Virus record (IMG/VR): IMGVR_UViG_2671180770_000020
Coordinates: 1 to 37,086 of that record
Length of the DNA: 37,086 nucleotides
Reading direction: 5' to 3' (one strand)
Origin: a virus
Taxonomy: Duplodnaviria; Heunggongvirae; Uroviricota; Caudoviricetes
Position 1 is the stretch's first letter. Every line of letters begins with the position of its first letter. A model generated the notes under the pieces. That model was not told the origin of the DNA, did no database searches, and saw nothing but the letters and a program-made list of their open reading frames with translations. Below are positions 16,999 through 26,609 of this stretch, piece after piece. Position numbers and translations under genes: made by a program.

Positions 16999-17049
16999 CG
17001 CCTGTTATTAACCTGTGGGTCGTAACAGACCCACTAATGGAGAAAGAAG

Positions 17050-17487
17050 ATGATCACCGACAAACTGTTGATGTTCTCCGAAGCACAGGCGGTAACTGAT
17101 ACCGCGGCTTCTACTGACGTAATCGATCTCGGCCCAATTGATGGAAACCGTCGCGATATCGGCGTGGGTTACCCGCTTGAGTTTTGGGCGCTGGTTAACG
17201 AAGCCGCCACGGCAAGTGGTGAGGCAACTGTAAACATCCAGTTGCAGACGAGTGAGAATAACAGCTCTTGGACCACTATTTATGATAGTGGCGCACTGGC
17301 AAAGGCCACCCTGACAGCAGGTAAACGAGTTGTTTCTGCAAAGGTGCCTGCCGGTGTTCAGCGATATTTGCGTGTTAACTACTCCGTCGCAACTGGCCCA
17401 CTAACGGCCGGCAAATTCACTGCGGGTATCAGTCTGGATGTTGATGCCAATACACCGTACCCGATCCGCTCAAAAATAACTGGTTAA
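17050..17487 (+). CDS. Hypothetical virion protein (possible capsid decoration protein)
   Basis: 145 aa, Thr/Ala/Gly-rich, directly after the capsid gene. Confidence 0.4.
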   Translation: MITDKLLMFSEAQAVTDTAASTDVIDLGPIDGNRRDIGVGYPLEFWALVNEAATASGEATVNIQLQTSENNSSWTTIYDSGALAKATLTAGKRVVSAKVPAGVQRYLRVNYSVATGPLTAGKFTAGISLDVDANTPYPIRSKITG

Positions 17488-17497
17488 GGTGATATCG

Positions 17498-17833
17498 ATG
17501 TCTGGTGATAAACCAAGATACCGCGTTCTGCGCCTCTCTCATATCCATAACACACTGTGGCCGGAGGGAGCAGAAATCGAATACGAAGGTGAGCCTGGTA
17601 GCGCACTGGAACCTGTTAACGATGCAGCCAGACAGGCAAAAGCAAAGGTAGCAGGAAAGGTGACTATGGCAGCAACCAGCACCAAAATCATCAACGATGT
17701 GTCAGATGATGGTGAACTGGATAAGCTCCGTGAAGAGTACGAATTGCTCTTTAACGAGAAGCCACACCATAACGCCAAAGCCGAAACGCTCCGCGAGAAG
17801 ATCGCAGATAAGCGTAAAGAACTGGGCGTGTAA
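17498..17833 (+). CDS. Hypothetical head-module protein
   Basis: 111 aa from ATG 17498 (AAGGTGA 5 nt upstream). Confidence 0.4.
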   Translation: MSGDKPRYRVLRLSHIHNTLWPEGAEIEYEGEPGSALEPVNDAARQAKAKVAGKVTMAATSTKIINDVSDDGELDKLREEYELLFNEKPHHNAKAETLREKIADKRKELGV

Positions 17834-17850
17834 GCCTCGCGAATCAGACA

Positions 17851-17871
17851 AGGGGCTTCGGCCCCTTTATT
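17851..17871 (+). terminator. Intrinsic terminator after the capsid gene block
   Basis: AGGGGC-ttcg-GCCCCT followed by TTATT. Confidence 0.6.
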
Positions 17872-17883
17872 GCAGGAGTGTAT

Positions 17884-18207
17884 ATGGAACTCGTAAACCT
17901 CAAAACCGGCACTGACAGCTACCAGGATGAGAGCGGAGAAACCAGAACTCGCGATGAATACCCGTGGGGGCTGTGCATCACTCTTAATAATGACACATTG
18001 AATAAGCTGAAGGCACAACCTCAGGGCGTCGGAACAGAAGTGATGATAACTGCAAAGGCTGTTATTCGAGGCCTGTCTGCCAGAGAAACTGACGATGGTG
18101 TTAATCGCAGCGCCGATCTGCAGATCACTGATATGGCGATCGCTCCTGTTTCCGGGGATGTAGAAAAATCAGCGGCTGAAACTCTGTACGGTAACGGAGG
18201 TGAGTGA
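17884..18207 (+). CDS. Hypothetical virion protein
   Basis: 107 aa from ATG 17884 (GGAG upstream). Confidence 0.4.
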   Translation: MELVNLKTGTDSYQDESGETRTRDEYPWGLCITLNNDTLNKLKAQPQGVGTEVMITAKAVIRGLSARETDDGVNRSADLQITDMAIAPVSGDVEKSAAETLYGNGGE

Positions 18208-18812
18208 TGGCCTCTGTAGTAGAGATCTGTAATCGTGCGCTGTCCAATATTGGCAATAGCCGCAGCATTAACAGCCTGACGGAAGCCAGCAAGGAAGCGG
18301 GGGAATGTTCGCTGCACTTTGAGGCCTGCCGTGATGCTGTGCTTTCTGATTTTGACTGGAACTTTGCTACCAAACGCGTGGCGCTTGCAGATACGAGCAA
18401 TCCACCGCCTGACTGGGAATATGCGTACCAGTACCCGTCCGATTGTCTGCGCATTACTGAAATTATGCTTCCTGGTGTACGCAATCCAACAGCAGCAATG
18501 CGCGTTCAGTACGAAGTTGGTGCAGACACCAACGGAACAGGAAAATTGATCTATACAGACCAGCCGCAGGCATGGCTCAAGTATGTCTCTCGCGTTTCAG
18601 ATGTGAACATGTTTGATGCCATTTTTATGGAGGCGCTGGCCTGGCGTCTTGCGGCAGCCATTAACATGGCGCTGACTGGGAATGCGGATCTCGGTACATT
18701 TGCTCTCAATATGTACAATCGCGTGATTCTTAGTGCTGGTTCGCATAGCCAGAATGAATCACAGGAACCACAGCCACCGGTTGACGAGTTTACCATTGCG
18801 AGGTTGTCCTGA
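18207..18812 (+). CDS. Hypothetical virion protein (possible head-tail connector/adaptor)
   Basis: 201 aa from ATG 18207 (GGAGGTGA upstream). Confidence 0.4.
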   Translation: MASVVEICNRALSNIGNSRSINSLTEASKEAGECSLHFEACRDAVLSDFDWNFATKRVALADTSNPPPDWEYAYQYPSDCLRITEIMLPGVRNPTAAMRVQYEVGADTNGTGKLIYTDQPQAWLKYVSRVSDVNMFDAIFMEALAWRLAAAINMALTGNADLGTFALNMYNRVILSAGSHSQNESQEPQPPVDEFTIARLS

Positions 18813-21283
18813 TGGCTATCAGTTGGATCCAGCCCAGCTTTGCCGGTGGTGAGATTGGACCGTCGTTGTACGGGCGTATCGACATGGCGAAGTACCAGGT
18901 AGCATTGCGCAAGTGCGATAACTTTATCGTGCGGCAGTATGGCGGCGTTGAGAATCGACCTGGTACGCGTTTTGTCGGTGCCGCCAAATACCCAAATCGG
19001 AAATGCCGCCTGATACCGTTCCAGTTCTCGACGGTTCAGACTTATGCTCTGGAGTTCGGACACCAGTACATGCGCGTTATCAAAGATGGTGCGTTGGTGC
19101 TGAACAGCAGCAATGTTATTTATGAAATTGCCACGCCATATACTGAAGCCGATCTGTTCCGAATTAAATTCACGCAAAGCGCAGACGTGCTTACGCTGGT
19201 TCATCCGGCATACCCGCCGAAAGAGTTGCGACGTTATGCGCATGACAACTGGCAACTGGTTGATGTGGTAACGAAGAACGGGCCATTTGAAGATATCAAT
19301 ATTGACGAGTCAGTGACGGTTTATGCCAGCTCCAGCACCGGGACAATTACGTTAACGGCAAGCGCCTCTATTTTTGGCGCGGAGCAGGTAGGCAAATTGT
19401 TCTATCTGGAACAGCCAGCAGTGGATTCAGTACCGGTATGGGAAACCAGTAAGAGTACGTCGATTGGCGATATTCGCCGTGCAGACAGTAACTACTATCG
19501 CGCCGTTACAGCAGGCAAAACAGGTACTTTGCGCCCTTCGCATACAGAAGGCACATCATGGGATGGCTGGGGCGGATCCGGTGATGATGATACTGGCATT
19601 GAGTGGGAATATCTGCACAGTGGTTTTGGCATTGCCCGTATCACTGCTGCAAATGGCACTACTGCAACTGCTGAGGTGATTTCCTATATCCCTTCGCAGG
19701 TCGTTGGCGAGGATAATGCCAGCTATAAATGGGCTAAATATGCCTGGAACAGTGTTAATGGTTATCCTGGCACTGTTGTTTATTATCAACAACGTCTTTA
19801 CTTCGCCGCATCGACTGCGTTCCCTCAGACTATCTGGGCCAGCCGTACCGGGGATTATAAGGATTTTGGCAAAAGCAATCCTACGCAGGATGACGACAGA
19901 ATTATCTACACCTATGCCGGGCGTCAGGTTAATGAGATCCGTCACCTGATTGATGTTGGTTCGCTGGTGGCGCTGACTTCCGGAGGTGAGTACGTCATCA
20001 CCGGCGACCAGAACAAAGTGTTAACCCCATCATCATTTGCATTCAGCTCTCAGGGATCAAATGGCTCAAGCAACGTCCCGCCAATTGCCGTGGCGAATAT
20101 TGCTCTGTTCGTCCAGGAGAAAGGCAGCGTTGTCCGTGATCTGGCCTACTCATTCGATGTTGACGGCTATCAGGGGAACGACCTGACCATCCTTGCCAAT
20201 CATCTTTTTCAGAAGCACAGCATTGTTGACTGGTGCTTCTCGATTGTCCCTTACTCCAGTGCCTTCTGCATTCGTGATGACGGTAAATTACTGGTGATGA
20301 CCTATTTGCGTGATCAGCAGGTTTTTGCATGGGCACCACAATCCAGTACCGGAAAATATGAAAGCACATGCAGTATCAGCGAAGGCAATGAAGATGCGGT
20401 GTATTTCGTCGTTAACAGAACCGTTAACGGGCAAACAGTGAGATACATCGAGAGACTGTCCAGCCGTTTATTTACCAGCGATGAAGATGCTTTCTTTGTT
20501 GATTCTGGCCTTAGCTATGATGGAAGAAATACGTCTGACAGAACGATGACCATCACTGGTGGTTCTGGTGAATGGGATTACCGTGCGGAATATACAATCA
20601 GTGTTTCTGGTGGCGCGTACTTCACCAGTAGTGATGTCGGCGCGCAACTACAGTTCCCTTATACCGGAACCGATCCTGGTATTGGCGATGAAGTGTCAAA
20701 AGAATTACGTTGCGACATTATTTCTGTAACCAGCAATACTGCTGTAGTGGTTCGTGCTAACAGGAACGTCCCGCCATCCCTCAGGAATACGGCCACCACG
20801 AACTGGCAGATGGCGCGCCGGACATTTGGCGGCTTGTCTCATCTTGAAGGCCAGACCGTAAACATTCTTTCTGATGCGAATGTTGAGCCACAGAAAGTTG
20901 TTTCCGGAGGTGCCGTCACACTGGAATCTCCGGGGGCTGTAGTGCACATCGGCCTGCCAATAACTGCTGAATTCGAAACACTGGATATCAACATTAACGG
21001 ACAGGAAACGCTGCTGGACAAAAAACAGGTGATCCCCTCCGTTACTCTGGTTGTGAATGCCAGTCGCGGCATCTGGGCGACTACGCCTGGCGGTAAATGG
21101 TACGAATATCCACAGCGTGAATTCGAGTTCTACGATGATCCTGTTGATGATGCTACCGGAAAAGTAGAAGTGAAACTGGACAGTAACTGGGGCAAAAACG
21201 GACGTGTAAAAATCCGTCAGCTTGATCCGTTGCCGCTGTCTGTTCTTGCCGTTATTCCTCGCCTTACTGTTGGGGGATTCTGA
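18812..21283 (+). CDS. Large virion structural protein (823 aa; possible tail hub or tube component)
   Basis: Long ORF in the late operon, translationally coupled on both sides; function assigned by size and context only. Confidence 0.5.
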   Translation: MAISWIQPSFAGGEIGPSLYGRIDMAKYQVALRKCDNFIVRQYGGVENRPGTRFVGAAKYPNRKCRLIPFQFSTVQTYALEFGHQYMRVIKDGALVLNSSNVIYEIATPYTEADLFRIKFTQSADVLTLVHPAYPPKELRRYAHDNWQLVDVVTKNGPFEDINIDESVTVYASSSTGTITLTASASIFGAEQVGKLFYLEQPAVDSVPVWETSKSTSIGDIRRADSNYYRAVTAGKTGTLRPSHTEGTSWDGWGGSGDDDTGIEWEYLHSGFGIARITAANGTTATAEVISYIPSQVVGEDNASYKWAKYAWNSVNGYPGTVVYYQQRLYFAASTAFPQTIWASRTGDYKDFGKSNPTQDDDRIIYTYAGRQVNEIRHLIDVGSLVALTSGGEYVITGDQNKVLTPSSFAFSSQGSNGSSNVPPIAVANIALFVQEKGSVVRDLAYSFDVDGYQGNDLTILANHLFQKHSIVDWCFSIVPYSSAFCIRDDGKLLVMTYLRDQQVFAWAPQSSTGKYESTCSISEGNEDAVYFVVNRTVNGQTVRYIERLSSRLFTSDEDAFFVDSGLSYDGRNTSDRTMTITGGSGEWDYRAEYTISVSGGAYFTSSDVGAQLQFPYTGTDPGIGDEVSKELRCDIISVTSNTAVVVRANRNVPPSLRNTATTNWQMARRTFGGLSHLEGQTVNILSDANVEPQKVVSGGAVTLESPGAVVHIGLPITAEFETLDININGQETLLDKKQVIPSVTLVVNASRGIWATTPGGKWYEYPQREFEFYDDPVDDATGKVEVKLDSNWGKNGRVKIRQLDPLPLSVLAVIPRLTVGGF

Positions 21284-21747
21284 TGATCGATGTTCAAATT
21301 ATTCCCGCAACCGAAGAGCATCTTCAGATGATTTTGCCGGATGTTCGTCAGGCTGATATTGACGAACTGTATGCGGTATCACTGATGACTACCGAAGATG
21401 CGCTGCGTGTTGGTCTGCGTACTGCGACTATGGCCTGGTCAGGATTTGCGAACGGAGAACTGGTAACCATGTTTGGCGTATCTCCGGCGTCAATGATCGG
21501 TGGCAATGGTACGCCATGGCTGGTCGGGACCAGCCGTATTGAAAAATATCAGAAGACATTTCTGCGCCACTGCCGCCCTGTATTGCAGCAGATGCTGGCA
21601 GTTTATCCGCGCCTGGAAAACTACGTCGACGAGCGAAACCATGTTGCCAAAGCATGGCTGCACTGGCTTGGATTCAGGCTTGAAGAAGCCGCGCCTTATG
21701 GTGCTCTTGGTCTTAATTTCCACAGATTTCACATGGAGAGAAAATAA
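21283..21747 (+). CDS. Hypothetical virion protein
   Basis: 154-aa ORF, overlapping start. Confidence 0.4.
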   Translation: MIDVQIIPATEEHLQMILPDVRQADIDELYAVSLMTTEDALRVGLRTATMAWSGFANGELVTMFGVSPASMIGGNGTPWLVGTSRIEKYQKTFLRHCRPVLQQMLAVYPRLENYVDERNHVAKAWLHWLGFRLEEAAPYGALGLNFHRFHMERK

Positions 21748-22292
21748 TGTGCGATCCGGTTATTGCTGGTGGCGCAATGCTCGCCATGAGTGGCATTCAG
21801 GCATACACCCAGTACCAACAGGGAAAGTATGCCTCGAAGGTTGCAGAAGCGAACGCAGATATAGCCACTGCTCAGGCAAATGATGCAATAAACAGAGGTA
21901 ACGCTGAAGCTGAGCAACGGCGCAGAGAGACCCGACAGCGGCTTGGTACACAAGCGGCGACAATGGGGGCGACCGGCGCCGATTTATCTACCGGTAACGC
22001 GCTGGATATATTTGGCGACACTGCCCAGTTTGGCGCTCTTGATTCGCTGACGACGGTGAATAACGCGCAACGCGAGGCTTACGGTTATCAGGTTCAGGCT
22101 GCCAACTATAAAGCAGAAGCCAGTTCAGCCCGTAAACAGGGGAATGTGGGAGCAGCAACAACATTGCTCACTGCGCCTCTGAAGGCATACGGTGCGTACC
22201 AGATGTTTGGTGGGACGTGGAGTCCGTTTACTCAAAGCACCCCCGCGCCAATCAGGGCAGCAGCAGGAACCAGATTACCCGGAGGATTATAA
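21747..22292 (+). CDS. Hypothetical virion protein
   Basis: 181 aa, Ala/Gln-rich. Confidence 0.4.
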   Translation: MCDPVIAGGAMLAMSGIQAYTQYQQGKYASKVAEANADIATAQANDAINRGNAEAEQRRRETRQRLGTQAATMGATGADLSTGNALDIFGDTAQFGALDSLTTVNNAQREAYGYQVQAANYKAEASSARKQGNVGAATTLLTAPLKAYGAYQMFGGTWSPFTQSTPAPIRAAAGTRLPGGL

Positions 22293-24805
22293 TGCCAGTC
22301 GTACCAACAGTATCCGGACGTCAGGTTGAGAGCCGTGGAGTTCAGTCAGCAGGCTTGCAGACGTTTTCTCAGCCAGGTATTGGTGATGCTTTTGTTCGGG
22401 CAGGGACAGAGGCAATTGATGTTCTGGGTCAGGCAAAACAGCGCGCCAATATTGCCTTGATTCAGGAGGCATCCCTTAAACTCAGTCAGACAGGCAGTGA
22501 TCTGCTGAATAATCCTGAAACAGGATTGCTTAACCTGAAAGGGAAAAATGCTATTGGAAAAGGTCAGGAGTATACGCAGCAGTTTGATGCCCAGGTCGAG
22601 CAACTGGCTATGTTGCTGCCGGATGAACAGGCTCGTAATGCTTTCATGCAGCAGGCGCAGCAGCAGCGCATTCAGTTCACTACGCAGGCCGGGCGGCACG
22701 AGATAGGGCAAATAAATGCCTACGAAGAAGGCCAGTTTCAGGCTACGCTGCTGAACAATGGTAAAAATGCCGCAGCATTGTATGGCGACAACGCCGCATA
22801 CGTATTGGCTAATAAGCAAACTTTCCAGCAAATTGAGGATTACGGCATTGCACATGGCTGGAGTGACGAGCAAATCCAGGCCAAGAAAATCGAGTTTAAA
22901 GAAGCAACAGCAAAAGCAACTGCTCAAAATGCTATTGGAGCAAACTATCTTCAGGTAAGACAGCAAAACGGCGAGTTAAGCGATACTGCTGCTGGATCTC
23001 GCCGTGCTGTAGCAGATAGTGGCTCTTCCGATCGTACCCGCGGTATACGCAACAATAACCCCGGCAATCTTGAATACAGCAAAACTAATCCGTGGGTTGG
23101 GCAGACTGGTGATGATGGTCGCTTTGCCAAATTCGAAACCCCTGAACACGGTATTCGTGCATTAGGGCGGAACCTGATGTCGTATCAGCGGCAGGGTATT
23201 GATACCGTCAGCGAGATAATTAATCGCTGGGCACCGCCTACTGATAAAAATGACACTATGTCGTATATCAAAGCAGTGTGCGAACAACTTGGCGTTTCTG
23301 CTGATGAGCCTCTCGATGCATCAAATCCTGATACCCTGAAGGCGCTTTGTGCAGCCATTATCCATCATGAAAACGGTAGCCAGCCATACAGTGATCAGCA
23401 GTTAACTGCAGGTGTTAGTGCTGCGCTGGGGCTTTCTCAGCTACCGACAAAAAATAAACGTTATACCGGTGTAGCCTGGTTCGATGCTTTAAGTGAATCA
23501 GATCAGGCCAGCGTGTTGCGACAGACTGATGCACTAGCCAGACAACAGCAGGCTGAATATAAAACGATGCTCGATAGCCGGGTTCGCGATGCGACGGCTG
23601 CGTATATGCGTGGCGTTGAATTTCCTAACCCACCTGGTGAGGATGATTTTATTGCAGCTTATGGAGTCAGAGAAGGAAACCTGCGATATACCGAGTTTAA
23701 GAATACGCAGATCGCCGGACAGTATATAGGCTCTTTCCGCAACATGCCGACAAGCAGCATTACAGCATATGTTGAGCAATTACGCCCGGATACTGGTGAG
23801 ACAGGGGAGGGTTATGCGGAACGAGCCGCTCTTTATGACAACGTTGTGTCGGCTGCAAGTCAGGTGATAAAGCAGCGACAGGCTGATCCTGTACAGTTCT
23901 CTCTTGCCGCCGGACAGGCAAAGCCTATCGACATGAGCAATAAGGATAACTTTGGACAGAGCGTTGCCTTGCGTGCTGCTCAGGTCAGTGACCTTGCTAA
24001 GTCATATGGCACTCCACTGACGTTCTTTTCCAAAGACGAGGCCAATCAGATCGGTGTTTTCTTTCGTGATGCGCCCGTTTCCCAACAGGCAGCATATCTC
24101 GATACCATCAGGCAGAGCACTGGTGGTGGGCAGGTGTATATGTCAGCACTACAGCAGATCAGTGCTAACGCTCCATCTGCTGCCGTTGCCGGGATACTGA
24201 TGGATAAGCCAGGTGGTATTTTGGCAGAAAAAAACTGGTTTAATCCGGATGTTTCCGTGTCTCCTGAAACCGCTGCGCAGACAATTCTTGCTGGCGCGGC
24301 GGCTCGTAAAGGTACTGATGACGCGAAAGGTATTCCGATGCCTAAAGATGCTGATCTTCGCCTTGAGTTTTCTGACATGGTGAAGGATGCATTTGCTGGT
24401 GATGCTCAGGGGGCATCAATGGCATACGAGATCGCAAAGGACTATTACGCTGGTGTGATGGCGAAAAAAGGCGTGGTATCAGGCGAAATTGACAATGATA
24501 TCTGGAAACAGGCTGTTAACGTAGCTACAGGTGGCGTGCATGACTATAACGGAATGGGGAGTGTTCTTTTGCCGTGGGGAATGTCTGCAGAGCAATTCGA
24601 TAAGCAGGTTAATCAGGCTTGGAATGAACAAGTTGTTGGCACAGGGATAAAAACACCGCCTGGTCAGTATGGTTTGCAAAGTTACGGCGATAGTCAGTAC
24701 CTGGTGAAACTTGGTACTGGTTATCTGCTGAAAGATGATGGTTCTCCCGTTGTTCTTAATCTGACACAGAAGCGTCAGAGATTCTCCGGAGATATTCCGC
24801 AATGA
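22292..24805 (+). CDS. Large virion protein (837 aa; putative internal/ejection protein)
   Basis: ATG 22292 with GGAGGA upstream; contains a compact conserved-looking segment ...GIRNNNPGNLEYSKTNPWVGQTGDDGRFAKFETPEHGIRALGRNL... Confidence 0.5.
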   Translation: MPVVPTVSGRQVESRGVQSAGLQTFSQPGIGDAFVRAGTEAIDVLGQAKQRANIALIQEASLKLSQTGSDLLNNPETGLLNLKGKNAIGKGQEYTQQFDAQVEQLAMLLPDEQARNAFMQQAQQQRIQFTTQAGRHEIGQINAYEEGQFQATLLNNGKNAAALYGDNAAYVLANKQTFQQIEDYGIAHGWSDEQIQAKKIEFKEATAKATAQNAIGANYLQVRQQNGELSDTAAGSRRAVADSGSSDRTRGIRNNNPGNLEYSKTNPWVGQTGDDGRFAKFETPEHGIRALGRNLMSYQRQGIDTVSEIINRWAPPTDKNDTMSYIKAVCEQLGVSADEPLDASNPDTLKALCAAIIHHENGSQPYSDQQLTAGVSAALGLSQLPTKNKRYTGVAWFDALSESDQASVLRQTDALARQQQAEYKTMLDSRVRDATAAYMRGVEFPNPPGEDDFIAAYGVREGNLRYTEFKNTQIAGQYIGSFRNMPTSSITAYVEQLRPDTGETGEGYAERAALYDNVVSAASQVIKQRQADPVQFSLAAGQAKPIDMSNKDNFGQSVALRAAQVSDLAKSYGTPLTFFSKDEANQIGVFFRDAPVSQQAAYLDTIRQSTGGGQVYMSALQQISANAPSAAVAGILMDKPGGILAEKNWFNPDVSVSPETAAQTILAGAAARKGTDDAKGIPMPKDADLRLEFSDMVKDAFAGDAQGASMAYEIAKDYYAGVMAKKGVVSGEIDNDIWKQAVNVATGGVHDYNGMGSVLLPWGMSAEQFDKQVNQAWNEQVVGTGIKTPPGQYGLQSYGDSQYLVKLGTGYLLKDDGSPVVLNLTQKRQRFSGDIPQ

Positions 24806-26604
24806 GTTACTTTGGCCTTAATCCAGTAAACCAGAATCAGCAGCTTGACGAAGCAGCATCAAATCCAGCTGGCTTTAACAGCGATGTTGGTTTTTTCGAC
24901 AATGCTGTAGGAGCGGCATTGTCTGGTTTGTACTCCGGGCTGGTGGCAAAGCCAGATCAGTTGCTATGGGCAGGGATGGATAAAATCGTATCCCCGATTG
25001 CTCAGTTTGTTAACGAAAACACCTCGCTCAATGACACTTCAGTTTCATACATTGCTGAGCAGAGAAAACTAGCAGAGCAGCAGGTTAAGCGGCTGACGCC
25101 TGATGCCGCGACAACCGGAACCGCCGGGCAGGTTCTTTATGGGTTGTTCGATATGGGCGGGCAGGCTGTTGTCGGTACAACGCTCGGTGGTCCTGTCGGA
25201 GGTGCAGCGGCGGTAACTTCGCTACAGGGTTTTTCTGAGTTTGAACGGCTGACAGCACAGGGTGTTGATTTCAGGACGGCGCAGGAAGCGGGATTAGTGC
25301 AGGGCATTACTGCTGGTGCCGGAACACTGATCCCTATGAGCCTCGGGTTACGTGCTGGTGGTGCGCTGGCGGAAGGTGTGGCGGCTCAGCTTGCGCGGAC
25401 GGGTGAGAGTTCAGTGCGACGCGCCGCAGCAACCGCAGTACGTGCAACGCCAGATATTGCCTATGCCGCAGGTACAAATATTGCGTTCGGTATGGCACAG
25501 CGTGGGCTTACTGCAAAAACGCTTCGTGATGGTGGCTATAGCGAAATGGCTAACCAGTATGATGTGTTGGATCGACAGGCAATTGCTATTGATGCTGTTC
25601 TTGGGGTGGCGTTTGGTGGTGTCGGCAGATTTATTAACTCTCGCGGCGAGTCTACAAACGCACCAAATTTTTCACCAGTTGATATCGATGCTGCACTGGC
25701 GGCGAATGCCGCTCATCATGCTGAAATTGATATTGCGCCCGGCGTGCCGATCAACGTGCTTTCGCGCAATTCTCACATTCAGGCTCTGCGAAAAGCTATG
25801 TCTGATGTTAGCCAGGGGAGACCTGTAGACGTTGCCAGCATTGTTGAGTCTGCATCTTTCAGTGAAATTCCTGGGCGCAAGAGTCTGCTGTCTCAGGCAG
25901 TTAATGAGGCTCTGTCATCTGTAGATGATGGAGTAACGGCGCGCGCTATAGAAAATCGGTTGCTTGAAGAACAGGCCGCGCAGCTTTTGCCGCGTGGAGA
26001 TAGACAGGTTTACCAGTCTGAAATCGCTAATAGCCAACGAATTATTGAAAATCTCACTGAACAGCGCGCACAAATTCTTGCAGAAGAGCCAACCGGTAGC
26101 GGTAAAGCTTTGTCTCGTGCTCGATCAGATAAACAGGTCAGACTTCGCGATATTGACCAACGAATCCGGCAGGCACAAGAACGCCTGGAATTTTCCCGTA
26201 ACGCGTTGGCACCGCATGAGCCTGGCGGTCAGTTTTTTGAAGCTCGAGCAGAACTGGCACGGCGACAGCAGGCTGAAAGTGAACTTAATGCTCAGGCTGT
26301 TTCATTCTATAAAACAGCAGAGGTCAGTACGCCAGACGAAGTAGCTCCTTTTGAGCCCGGTAAGATATTGCAACAGGCAGAACAAAAGATGATGGCAGAT
26401 CCGGCAGGAGATATTGATCTGCGCATAGCTGAAGATTCGCTGCTTGAATCACCGGACATGATAATAACCGTGCTGGATGATGATGGTAATCCACAATCGC
26501 GCAGCGCGCGTGAAGTGCTGGATGAAGCGAACAGGGAAAGTGAACAGGCAATACAGGATTCCAGCCTGTTTGATGTCGCTGTGGCGTGTTTCTTGAGAGG
26601 TTAA
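24802..26604 (+). CDS. Large virion protein (600 aa; putative internal/ejection protein)
   Basis: Ala/Gly-rich N-terminal half with hydrophobic stretches; ATGA overlap with the upstream gene. Confidence 0.45.
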   Translation: MSYFGLNPVNQNQQLDEAASNPAGFNSDVGFFDNAVGAALSGLYSGLVAKPDQLLWAGMDKIVSPIAQFVNENTSLNDTSVSYIAEQRKLAEQQVKRLTPDAATTGTAGQVLYGLFDMGGQAVVGTTLGGPVGGAAAVTSLQGFSEFERLTAQGVDFRTAQEAGLVQGITAGAGTLIPMSLGLRAGGALAEGVAAQLARTGESSVRRAAATAVRATPDIAYAAGTNIAFGMAQRGLTAKTLRDGGYSEMANQYDVLDRQAIAIDAVLGVAFGGVGRFINSRGESTNAPNFSPVDIDAALAANAAHHAEIDIAPGVPINVLSRNSHIQALRKAMSDVSQGRPVDVASIVESASFSEIPGRKSLLSQAVNEALSSVDDGVTARAIENRLLEEQAAQLLPRGDRQVYQSEIANSQRIIENLTEQRAQILAEEPTGSGKALSRARSDKQVRLRDIDQRIRQAQERLEFSRNALAPHEPGGQFFEARAELARRQQAESELNAQAVSFYKTAEVSTPDEVAPFEPGKILQQAEQKMMADPAGDIDLRIAEDSLLESPDMIITVLDDDGNPQSRSAREVLDEANRESEQAIQDSSLFDVAVACFLRG

Positions 26605-26609
26605 ATTAA

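Noticed and set aside
18551-19255. 234-aa minus-strand ORF overlapping the 18207-18812 and 18812-21283 genes
   Set aside because: Antisense to tightly coupled late genes; no plausible start context; composition typical of a reverse-frame artefact.
22346-22966. 206-aa minus-strand ORF inside the 22292-24805 gene
   Set aside because: Cys/Leu-rich nonsense-like translation antisense to a long structural gene.
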